Origin: Saprospiraceae bacterium
GTDB lineage: Bacteria; Bacteroidota; Bacteroidia; Chitinophagales; Saprospiraceae
DNA length: 64,000 nucleotides
NCBI GenBank assembly: GCA_026993525.1
Contig: JALWSS010000019.1
Coordinates: forward strand, 11,096 to 75,095
Direction: 5' to 3'
A model generated the notes under the pieces. It did no database searches, was not told where the DNA came from, and saw only the letters and a program-made list of their open reading frames with translations. Below, one piece after another: positions 56,268-64,000 of the stretch. The position numbers and the translations under genes were made by a program. Position 1 is the first letter of the stretch; each line of letters begins with the position of its first letter.

Positions 56268-56786
56268 ATGAGCCCCAAACCCATGCTCATCCTCGTGGCT
56301 GGTTTGCCGGCCTCCGGTAAAACCACCTTCGCCAATGCACTGGCAGAAAAGCTGGACGCATTCCGGCTGAACAGCGATGCCCTTCGGGAAAAACTAAACC
56401 TCCGGGGCAAGTACGACCCTGCCTCAAAACAAAAGGTGTACGATGCCATGCTGACCCTGGCTGAAGAAACCTTGTTGGAAGGAAAAAACCTGGTCGTTGA
56501 TTCCACTTTTTACAAAGAAGCCCTGCGCAAACACTGGCACAACCTGGCTGCAAAAACCAACGCCGCCAGCTATTTCATAGAGGTCACGGTTGCTGACGAG
56601 GATGCCCGCAAACGCCTCCAAATACCCCGTGCCGACAGCGAAGCCACCTGGAATGTTTACAAAGCCCTGAAAGAAGACTGGGAACCCATCCGGGAGCCTC
56701 ACCTCAAACTGAATGCCTCTAAACTCTCACTTGATGAAATGGTGGAAGAAGCCGTGAAGGTAGTAGGGATGAGGGATGAGGGATGA
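56268..56786 (+). CDS. P-loop kinase-like ATP-binding protein (AAA_33-type)
   Basis: Walker A GLPASGKTTFA, 172 aa. The stop codon lies inside the GGGATGA heptamer array. Confidence 0.65.
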   Translation: MSPKPMLILVAGLPASGKTTFANALAEKLDAFRLNSDALREKLNLRGKYDPASKQKVYDAMLTLAEETLLEGKNLVVDSTFYKEALRKHWHNLAAKTNAASYFIEVTVADEDARKRLQIPRADSEATWNVYKALKEDWEPIREPHLKLNASKLSLDEMVEEAVKVVGMRDEG

Positions 56787-56800
56787 GGGATGAGGGGTGA
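56766..56800. repeat. Heptamer array GGGATGA x4 plus GGGGTGA
   Basis: Read directly. G3N4 pattern. Confidence 0.95.
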
Positions 56801-56976
56801 AATATCGGGGATTTGATATGGGCTTCACCCTTTTTGAAGAATTGAGGATTCCCGGCCTGTCCATTCTTTCAGACGAGCTGTCAAACATGGGTTGCTCCAC
56901 AAAGAAGAAATTTGGCAAAGCAACTAATTAGCAAGCGCTACAATTGCCCTCAGTTTCTGAATGCGGAATCCGGTAC

Positions 56977-57455
56977 CCATTACCCACAAATCTCCATCAC
57001 ATAGGGAAATACCTCTGCAACACGAATTCATTGATTACGAAAACCTATTGCCTTAGCTGTGGCAAAAAGCTGTGATGACATCAGCCATCTTGTAACCCGC
57101 TGTTTCCTGTCTGCCGACAAGGCAGGAAACGGCGGGAATCATGCCAGCACCCCTAATCACATCTAACTTCTATTCAAAACATCACATCAGGAATAGCTTT
57201 ATCACCAAATTCGGGATGTGAATTGAAATTGATGCTGATGCCCTGTAAAGATGTTAGATGTGATTGGGGGTTAATCCGCTAACCCCTCGTTGCCCGTCTG
57301 GCCGCCGCCCGTCTGGCCGCCGGACAGGGACAGGAAACAAGGGGTTTCAAGATGTTTGGTGGGGTAAAGAATGCTTTTTCAAGCCTCGGTTACTTCATGA
57401 GTGTACTACGCTTGCATAACTCTCAGAACCGGAATGGTGGATTTGTGGGTAATGG
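56977..57455. repeat. Nested long-range inverted repeats in a 640-nt non-coding gap
   Basis: Three pairs. Outer 16/16: CCATTACCCACAAATC (56977-56992) with GATTTGTGGGTAATGG (57440-57455). Middle 11/11: TGTTTCCTGTC (57101-57111) with GACAGGAAACA (57329-57339). Inner 17/18: CCCCTAATCACATCTAAC (57150-57167) with GTTAGATGTGATTGGGGG (57253-57270). Confidence 0.8.
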
Positions 57456-57510
57456 ATAGCTCTCTAAACCACTGAGCGCACTTTTTGCCCCGATAGCCAT
57501 CGGGGCGCTC

Positions 57511-57566
57511 ATTCCTCAATTCCTCGATTCCTCGATTCCTCGATTCCTCGATTCCTCGATTCCTCA
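57511..57566. repeat. Octamer array ATTCCTC(G/A), 7 units, preceded by hairpin 57488-57505
   Basis: Read directly. It is the same unit as at 29522-29617 and ends 6 nt before the guaB stop codon. Confidence 0.95.
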
Positions 57567-57572
57567 CCCCAC

Positions 57573-59057
57573 TCACATACGGCTCGAATAATTCGGAGCC
57601 TCTTTCATAATGGTGACGTTGTGCGGGTGGCTTTCTTTGATGCCGGAGCCCGAGATTCGCACGAACCGGGCTTTTTTGAGTTCGTCGAGGTTGTGGGCGC
57701 CACAATAGCCCATGCCGGCACGGAGGCCGCCGAGGTATTGGGTCATCACTTCCTCCACGGTTCCTTTGTAGGGCACCCGGCCCTCTATTCCCTCCGGCAC
57801 CAGTTTTTTGATGTCGTCTTCCACGTCCTGGAAGTAGCGGTCTTTTGATCCGGCGCCCATGGCGCCCAGTGAGCCCATGCCGCGATACACCTTGAATTTT
57901 CTCCCTTCGTAAAGGATGGTTTCACCCGGAGCTTCTTCCACACCGGCAAACAGGCCACCCGCCATGATGGTGCTGGCGCCGGCAGCCAGGGCTTTAACGA
58001 TGTCGCCGGAATAACGGATGCCTCCATCGCCGATGATGGGCACGCCACTGTCTTTAATGGCTGACCAGGCGTTGTAGATAGCGGTGAGTTGCGGAACGCC
58101 GACACCGGCTACCACCCGGGTGGTGCAGATACTTCCGGGGCCAACTCCGACTTTGACGCCGTTGACACCGGCTTTGACCAGGGCAAGGGCTGCTTCGGCC
58201 GTGGCAATGTTGCCACCTACGATTTGCAGCTCGGGGTATTTGCGGCGAACAGCCGCTACGGCATCCAAAACGCCCTGGGAATGGCCGTGGGCGGTGTCAA
58301 TGCAAATGGCATCAACGTGGACTTTGACCAGCGCATCCACCCGGTCCATCATGTCATAGGTGACGCCAACGGCAGCGCCTACCACCAGTCTGCCAAACTT
58401 GTCTTTGCAGGAATTGGGGTAGTCTTCCACCTTCATCAGGTCTTTGTAGGTGATAAGGCCGGCCAGTTTGCCGTTTTCATCTACGACGGGCAGTTTTTCG
58501 ATCTTGTGTTGCTGTAGGATGTCCCGTGCTTTTTCCAGGTCAGTGCCGATGGGAGCGGTGATCAGGTTTTCTTTGGTCATCACCTCCGCCACGGGCCTGT
58601 TGCGGTCTTTTTCGAAGCGCAGGTCCCTGTTGGTGAGAATGCCGATGAGGTGGCCCTGTTCGTCCACAATCGGGATGCCGCCAATGTGGTATTGTTTCAT
58701 GAGTTGCAGGGCATTGCCAACCCTGGCATCCAGCCGCAGGGTTACCGGGTCTATGATCATCCCACTTTCTGAGCGCTTCACTTTGCGGACTTGCTCGGCC
58801 TGCTGTGCTATGCTCATGTTTTTGTGGATGATGCCGATGCCCCCCTGCCTTGCAATGGCGATGGCGAGCTTCTCTTCCGTGACCGTATCCATGGCAGCCG
58901 AAACGATGGGAGCGTTCAGTCTTAATCCGGTGGTAAATTGCGAAGAAACATCAACTTCCCGGGGTAAAACCTGTGAATAGGCAGGCACGAGAAGGACGTC
59001 GTCAAAGGTGAGGGCTTCACCCAAAAACTTATCCTGAAGGTGATTTGCTTTTTCCAT
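57573..59057 (-). CDS. guaB: IMP dehydrogenase
   Basis: Start at ATG 59057 ([25 protein letters not shown]). CBS pair and catalytic loop [11 protein letters not shown]. Confidence 0.95.
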   Translation of the reverse strand: MEKANHLQDKFLGEALTFDDVLLVPAYSQVLPREVDVSSQFTTGLRLNAPIVSAAMDTVTEEKLAIAIARQGGIGIIHKNMSIAQQAEQVRKVKRSESGMIIDPVTLRLDARVGNALQLMKQYHIGGIPIVDEQGHLIGILTNRDLRFEKDRNRPVAEVMTKENLITAPIGTDLEKARDILQQHKIEKLPVVDENGKLAGLITYKDLMKVEDYPNSCKDKFGRLVVGAAVGVTYDMMDRVDALVKVHVDAICIDTAHGHSQGVLDAVAAVRRKYPELQIVGGNIATAEAALALVKAGVNGVKVGVGPGSICTTRVVAGVGVPQLTAIYNAWSAIKDSGVPIIGDGGIRYSGDIVKALAAGASTIMAGGLFAGVEEAPGETILYEGRKFKVYRGMGSLGAMGAGSKDRYFQDVEDDIKKLVPEGIEGRVPYKGTVEEVMTQYLGGLRAGMGYCGAHNLDELKKARFVRISGSGIKESHPHNVTIMKEAPNYSSRM

Positions 59058-59161
59058 CCGCAAAGGTATTTCTTTCTTTGTGAACCCGTCAAAACCAATT
59101 TGGTCAGAATTTGCTGAAGGTTGTAAAAAAACCAGGAACAGGTGGGGCAAAATTACGGACT

Positions 59162-59605
59162 ATGCTAAGTGTACACAGCGACGAGTATTTCATGAAACAG
59201 GCCCTGCGGGAAGCCCGGCACGCCTTCGATGAGGGCGAAGTGCCGGTGGGTGCCGTGGTGGTCTGCAACAACCAGATCATTGCACGGGCCCACAACCAGA
59301 CCGAACTGCTGAACGACGTGACTGCCCACGCCGAAATGCTGGCCCTTACCGCTGCCTCCAATGCCCTCGGTGGCAAATACCTGAACGATTGCACCCTGTA
59401 CGTCACCCTGGAACCCTGCCCCATGTGTGCGGGGGCCGTCGCCTGGGCACAGGTAGGCAGGCTCGTGTACGGGGCCAATGATCCGAAACGGGGATTTATG
59501 CGCTTCGGCAGAAAAATGTTCCATCCAAAAACGAAGATTAAGCTGGGGGTGCTGAAGGATGATTGCAGCTTGCTGCTGAAGGATTTCTTCCAGTGGCGCA
59601 GGTGA
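59162..59605 (+). CDS. tadA: tRNA adenosine(34) deaminase
   Basis: Start at ATG 59162. Zinc motifs HAEMLAL and PCPMCAGA. Confidence 0.9.
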   Translation: MLSVHSDEYFMKQALREARHAFDEGEVPVGAVVVCNNQIIARAHNQTELLNDVTAHAEMLALTAASNALGGKYLNDCTLYVTLEPCPMCAGAVAWAQVGRLVYGANDPKRGFMRFGRKMFHPKTKIKLGVLKDDCSLLLKDFFQWRR

Positions 59606-59779
59606 GTTTTTGGCGCCAGCCGAAGAATGCAACAACTCCGCAGCGAACAAAAAGACGCTCCAGGACCTGAGCTGGGGATACATGAGTTATTTTCTTATCC
59701 GTCATAACTTGGCCTGAAGCCGCTTCTGCTGTACCTTTGTTTCAGCCCGGTAAAAACTCAAAGGAAACGAGACACTCCC

Positions 59780-60787
59780 ATGATCCCGAGAATACTCAAC
59801 CATCCCATTGTTCAGATTGCCGCCTCAGCGGCAGTAGGGATCAGTGTTTTGGCCGTAGTTTTCCCCCATTATTTCCCGTACCCATTGTCCAGTTTCAGCA
59901 ACTACGCCAACCAGTTGATGTTGCTGCTTTTGATGGGTGGCTTGTTTTGCCTTCTCCTTCGGCAACCTCGTCTGACTTTCCTTTGCTTTGCCGGGTCGGC
60001 AGTGCTTTGCCTGTTTTTGAAGAACAACAACAACAGCGAAGGCATCAACCGGTGGCGGGCCCACCTGGCCCCTGAGCGGGTGGTTGTGAAATCCTTGCCG
60101 GCAAGTCCTTCTCACTTTCGGGTAGCGCACATCAACCTCTCCAATGTTTCTGATATTGATTCCACCCTCAAAGCGCTTCGCAATTGCGGGGCAGGGCTGA
60201 TCTCCGTTCATGAACTGGACCCCATGTGGGAGATGATCCTCCAGGATGAACTTGCCGAAGACTATCCTTTCCAGGAATTCTATGTGGACATCGGCCTGTA
60301 CGGAATGGGAATCATTTCCAAATACAGACTTGCGGGCATTGACACCCTTTTCTTTGAAGGTGTGCCGGCTTTGCGAACAGCCATTTCCGTTGACGGGCAG
60401 GACCTCCGGCTGTTCAGTATCCACTCCGAACCCCTGATCCACGAAACGGCTCGTCAAAAGTTGTTGCACCAACTGGATGCCCTCGGGGCCATCATTTCCA
60501 ACGACAGCCTTCCGAGCCTCATTTTCGGTGAATTCAACCTGGTGACCTGGTCAACGGAATTGCAGGAGTTTTGCAAGAATGCCGGGCTGCACGAAAGCAG
60601 GAACGGCTTCATGCACTACGTTTCCAAAGGCATCGGCTCCCTCTGGGAAACGCCTTTTGACCACATCTTCTTTACCTCGCCCCTGCAGGTGGAAGCATTC
60701 TCAAATTTTATGGAACCCGGTTCCGGAAAGCGGCTGGGCATCATCGGCGACTACCAGGTTCAAAACGGCATCACTTATGTTGAATGA
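59780..60787 (+). CDS. Endonuclease/exonuclease/phosphatase (EEP) family protein with N-terminal TM segments
   Basis: N-terminal hydrophobic helices. The EEP-like C-terminal part ends ...ETPFDHIFFT.... Confidence 0.6.
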   Translation: MIPRILNHPIVQIAASAAVGISVLAVVFPHYFPYPLSSFSNYANQLMLLLLMGGLFCLLLRQPRLTFLCFAGSAVLCLFLKNNNNSEGINRWRAHLAPERVVVKSLPASPSHFRVAHINLSNVSDIDSTLKALRNCGAGLISVHELDPMWEMILQDELAEDYPFQEFYVDIGLYGMGIISKYRLAGIDTLFFEGVPALRTAISVDGQDLRLFSIHSEPLIHETARQKLLHQLDALGAIISNDSLPSLIFGEFNLVTWSTELQEFCKNAGLHESRNGFMHYVSKGIGSLWETPFDHIFFTSPLQVEAFSNFMEPGSGKRLGIIGDYQVQNGITYVE

Positions 60788-61142
60788 GCGCCTCAGGAGT
60801 TTCGCTTTTGCCTGGAAGGGCATCCTGACCATGTTCAGGGCCGAGCCCAACGCAAAGATCCATCTGTTGGCTGCCATGTTGGCCATTGCAGCCGGCTGCT
60901 GGTTTGACATCGAAAAAGCCGAGTGGTGTTTGGTGGTACTGGCCATTGCCGGCGTATTTACTGCCGAGGCCTTCAACACCTCCATTGAAGAACTGACCAA
61001 CCTCGTCAGCCCCGAGCCACACCCCCTGGCGGGCAAGGCCAAAGACCTGGCAGCAGCCGGTGTGCTGTTTGCCGCATTCGGGGCGGCCATTGTCGGGGTC
61101 ATTGTGTTTTTGCCCAGAATTGTTGACTTGATCAGCCAATAG
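60777..61142 (+). CDS. dgkA: Diacylglycerol kinase family protein
   Basis: Start at ATG 60777, overlapping the previous gene by 11 nt. 121 aa with 3 TM segments and the motif EAFNTSIEELTNLV...AKDLAAAGVL. Confidence 0.8.
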   Translation: MLNERLRSFAFAWKGILTMFRAEPNAKIHLLAAMLAIAAGCWFDIEKAEWCLVVLAIAGVFTAEAFNTSIEELTNLVSPEPHPLAGKAKDLAAAGVLFAAFGAAIVGVIVFLPRIVDLISQ

Positions 61143-61352
61143 GCACAATTTTCTCAATTCAACCCAGTTGAAACCACATTGCATCTCTCCGATACGCCTT
61201 GCAAACGGATAGATTCCAGGCTTCACCTGAATCCCTGCACTTAAACACAGAACTGATTCTCCGGGTAAAGGATTCCCGATGTGGTTTTTGTTTCCATTTT
61301 CTGGAACAAGGCCACCGGCCCGAACGGAGAAATCACATACAAAACAAAAGCT

Positions 61353-62819
61353 ATGAGACTCAGCATTCTCCTTCTCTTGCTGCTCGTAGGTCAGGTGAAT
61401 TACGCACAATATCAGTTAGGCTTGCGAACCGAGCGCTACAGTGGCGCCAGCGGTGTTTTCCTCAACCCGACTGCACAGCTCTACAATCCGCTCAAATGGG
61501 ACCTCAACCTGGCCGGTGCGGGCGCCTTTGTTTCCAACAATTACACTTTCCTTCGGCAAACGAGTACCACGGATTTTCTTTTCAGCCTGAACGACAAAAC
61601 CGATCTCATCAAAGCCGAGAATGTTGAGGGCCCCGTTGCGCAGGACACCTATGTCATTGACTTCAAAAACGCCAACCGAAAGCATTATGCCACCACCTTT
61701 GGCTATGTGGATGGCCCGGCGCTTTCTGTCCGGATAGCCGGAAACCATACCGTCGGCGTTTTTTCCCGGGTGGCATTTCTGGGTGGCTCTCAGAACGTAC
61801 CGGTTGTCTTCAGTTATTACCCCTACAACGACAGGGCCTTTTACGACACCTTCACTGTGCCGGTGTTCCAGGGAGCAGCCATGGGCTGGAAAGAGTTCGG
61901 GGTCAACTATGCCTGGAAGCTGCCCACCTACTACGGCTCGCTTTCCTTCGGAATAAATGTGCGGCGGCTGACGACCTACGAAGGGGCCTTCGTTACCAGC
62001 AACCAGAAATTCCGATACACCAAACTGCCAGACGACATGGCCACCATCGAAAATGCAGAAGGGGAGTTTGGCTTCACCACCAACCACCTGCACGCCGATG
62101 AATTCAAACCCCGCAAAAGCGGCAATGGCTGGGCCTTCGACCTGGCTGCCACCGCCCTCATTGACGAAGATGATGACGGCGGCTACCGCTGGCGCCTCAG
62201 CGCAGCCCTGCTCGACATCGGCCGGGCTTCTTTCACCGTTGCCGAAAAACACCACATCGGCATCGGGTCCAGTGCCACCATTGACCTGAACGACTACATG
62301 AAATACTCCAACCAACTGATGCACCTCGATGACATTGCCCGGCAATTCAGCTACGAAACCATGGGCGACTCCCTCGCCTCGCTCATCGGCAACAGCTTCA
62401 CACTGGCCCTGCCTGCCAGCCTCAGCCTGCAGGCCGATTATACCGTTAACAACATGGTCTTCGTAAATGCCACCCTGGTGCAAAGCATTCCGACGCCCCT
62501 GCCCTCCCCGCAGCGGGGCTGCATCCTCGCTCTCACACCCCGGCTGGAACACCGATGGTTTTCACTTTCCGCTCCACTGGTGCTGTACAACTGGAGCAGC
62601 CTGCGAATGGGCCTGGCCGCCCGCCTGGGTTACCTGGTCGTTGGCTCCGACCACGTGGGCAGCCTCTTTGGCCGGAAAGATTTTTACGGAACGGACTTCT
62701 ATGTGGCCCTGAAATTCAACCCCTTCGACCTCAACCTCGGCTGGTTTGGCGGTGGCACTTCAGGACCAGGGGGCAAAAAAATCAGACGGGGCGGGAAGGT
62801 GAAGTGTTATAAGTTTTGA
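61353..62819 (+). CDS. Outer-membrane protein, family not assigned (PorP/SprF-like or DUF5723-like, uncertain)
   Basis: Start at ATG 61353 (MRLSILLLLLLVGQVNYAQ). Beta-rich sequence throughout. Confidence 0.6.
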   Translation: MRLSILLLLLLVGQVNYAQYQLGLRTERYSGASGVFLNPTAQLYNPLKWDLNLAGAGAFVSNNYTFLRQTSTTDFLFSLNDKTDLIKAENVEGPVAQDTYVIDFKNANRKHYATTFGYVDGPALSVRIAGNHTVGVFSRVAFLGGSQNVPVVFSYYPYNDRAFYDTFTVPVFQGAAMGWKEFGVNYAWKLPTYYGSLSFGINVRRLTTYEGAFVTSNQKFRYTKLPDDMATIENAEGEFGFTTNHLHADEFKPRKSGNGWAFDLAATALIDEDDDGGYRWRLSAALLDIGRASFTVAEKHHIGIGSSATIDLNDYMKYSNQLMHLDDIARQFSYETMGDSLASLIGNSFTLALPASLSLQADYTVNNMVFVNATLVQSIPTPLPSPQRGCILALTPRLEHRWFSLSAPLVLYNWSSLRMGLAARLGYLVVGSDHVGSLFGRKDFYGTDFYVALKFNPFDLNLGWFGGGTSGPGGKKIRRGGKVKCYKF

Positions 62820-62852
62820 GGAAGAGATCGAATCTGATTTCACTTTTGGTAG

Positions 62853-62996
62853 GCGAAGACAGGAGGTAGTAAGGTGCCACCGGGCGAAACCACCCTCCGG
62901 TGGAATACGGCAGAAGTTAATTCCGGACTTTATTTCTACCGATACCTGGAAAACGGTGAGTTGCTGAGGGTAGGTAAGTTATTGATCACAAAATGA
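62853..62996 (+). pseudogene. Relic of a T9SS type-A C-terminal sorting domain (last ~45 codons only)
   Basis: My hand translation gives AKTGGSKVPPGETTLRWNTAEVNSGLYFYRYLENGELLRVGKLLITK-stop. It is preceded by stops at 62835 and 62850 in the same frame. Confidence 0.5.
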
Positions 62997-63002
62997 AAAT
63001 AT

Positions 63003-63074
63003 GAGTCATCCCGAATTTTACCTGACCTGTACAATGCCCCTACGGGACGAGTAAATGAAAATTTAGGATGACTC
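63003..63074. terminator. Long hairpin (about 16 bp stem) between convergent genes
   Basis: GAGTCATCC(C)GAATTTT pairs with AAAATTT(A)GGATGACTC and is followed by GTGTTTT. Confidence 0.5.
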
Positions 63075-63150
63075 GTGTTTTAACAACCCCTCTCAACCTC
63101 CCGTCCCAAACTTGATTCTGGATCGGGATCAACCCCTCTCAACCAATAAC

Positions 63151-64000
63151 TCAGATATTATCCCCCCTCAGTTTCCGGTAGCGTTTGCGGGCCTCGATGG
63201 AGAAAGTGCTGCCGGAGTATTCGATAAAGATCTTTTCGTAATAGCTCATGGCCTTTTCGGGGTCACCGAGTTGGTTTTCGTAAATGTTTGCCATTTCAAA
63301 GAGGGCATTGTCTGCCCGGATTTCATCGGGGTACTGCTCCGCGATTTTCTCGTACAATTCGATGGCTTTGTCGTATTGCCTCATTTTGGCGTAGATCTGC
63401 GCTTTTACGTAGAGCACGTCGTCGTCCAGTTTGTGGTTGGGGAACTTCATCAGCAGGGTGTCCAGTTTGGCGAAGGCCTCGTCGTATTTGTTCTGGAAGC
63501 TGAGCAGGTCGGCAGCGGCGAAGAGTTTCAGGGCCTGGTCGGTGGTGTCCAGCCCGAGGTTGTCCATGATGAACACCGACATGTCAATGGCGTCGTTGGC
63601 GATGAGTTTGGATGTGGAACCTTTCAGCACCTCAAACTGGGCCTGGGCCCATTGAAAGTCGCCGTTGTAATAAGACAGTTTGGCGTTGCGGTAGCGGGCT
63701 TCGTGGCCCAGTTGGTCTTCCGGGAAAACCTTGTCCACCTGTGAATACAGCAGGGTGGCTTCCCAGATTTCGCCTTTGATGAGGTAGTAATCGCCGAGGC
63801 TGAGCTTAGCCCTGGCCTGTGTTTGCAGGTTGATGCCGGGGTAGGCAATGACCTCCTGCAGCAGCTCGATGGCTTTGTCGAGGTCGTTGAGGTAGCGGGC
63901 TTCCAGGTCAGCCAGTTCGGCCACGATGGATGCCGTCACTTTGTTTCGGCCAAATTCTTCGAGGAAAGTTTCATAGGCCTGCTCAATTTCACGAAGCTCC
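63151..64000 (-). CDS. Tetratricopeptide-repeat protein, C-terminal part (N-terminus outside window)
   Basis: The frame stays open from 63939 to 64000. TPR-like 34-aa periodicity (A-x-Y-Y...A...F...P). Confidence 0.75.
   Translation of the reverse strand, partial: ELREIEQAYETFLEEFGRNKVTASIVAELADLEARYLNDLDKAIELLQEVIAYPGINLQTQARAKLSLGDYYLIKGEIWEATLLYSQVDKVFPEDQLGHEARYRNAKLSYYNGDFQWAQAQFEVLKGSTSKLIANDAIDMSVFIMDNLGLDTTDQALKLFAAADLLSFQNKYDEAFAKLDTLLMKFPNHKLDDDVLYVKAQIYAKMRQYDKAIELYEKIAEQYPDEIRADNALFEMANIYENQLGDPEKAMSYYEKIFIEYSGSTFSIEARKRYRKLRGDNI

Noticed and set aside
56977-57455. Invertible promoter (phase-variation shufflon) bounded by the 16-bp inverted repeats
   Set aside because: No recombinase or invertase gene is nearby. 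The region contains further nested repeats more typical of a foldback element, and no promoter could be supported inside.
1-64000. tRNA, rRNA, tmRNA, RNase P or riboswitch genes
   Set aside because: Scanning the non-coding gaps by eye, I found no T-loop or anticodon-arm patterns and no conserved cores that I recognise. A covariance-model scan would be needed to exclude them.

Overview
This 64-kb window looks like a Bacteroidota chromosome segment. The evidence is several T9SS C-terminal sorting domains, typical gene content, and lipoprotein and OM beta-barrel signals. I could not place it below phylum level. I support about 45 protein genes.

Most are housekeeping genes: thiL, rarA, recX, paaZ, dprA, mfd, gpsA, psuG, guaB, tadA, dgkA, pssA, an acyl-CoA carboxyltransferase, a purine nucleoside phosphorylase and a menaquinone-type radical SAM enzyme. 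Between them sit very large secreted surface proteins. Three carry a type-A T9SS CTD, one carries a type-B CTD, and one is a 1997-aa protein with 13 Ig-like repeats. There are also two ECF sigma/anti-sigma modules. I saw no tRNA, rRNA or CRISPR array.

The coding content is mostly ordinary. The unusual material is in the intergenic DNA:
- A gene-free ~1 kb gap between mfd and gpsA holds four copies of a conserved box, each followed by a different hairpin. This may be a small-RNA or regulatory array.
- Many different 7-8 nt tandem arrays occur, one of them G-quadruplex-capable and telomere-like.
- A 47-nt minisatellite family is present at three loci.
- Several REP-like hairpin families are present.
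- A MITE-like palindromic element fills an entire convergent intergenic region.

Other notable points:
- A visibly AT-richer ~3-kb islet carries an AAA+/PD-(D/E)xK ATPase and a RhuM-Doc fusion. The ATPase part is bounded by a 319-bp direct duplication of the 3' end of a GMC oxidoreductase gene.
- A DUF488 gene is interrupted by TGA at a conserved Trp codon.
- A T9SS CTD relic lies downstream of an outer-membrane protein gene.

All coordinates were derived by hand from the printed sequence, and no database search was run.
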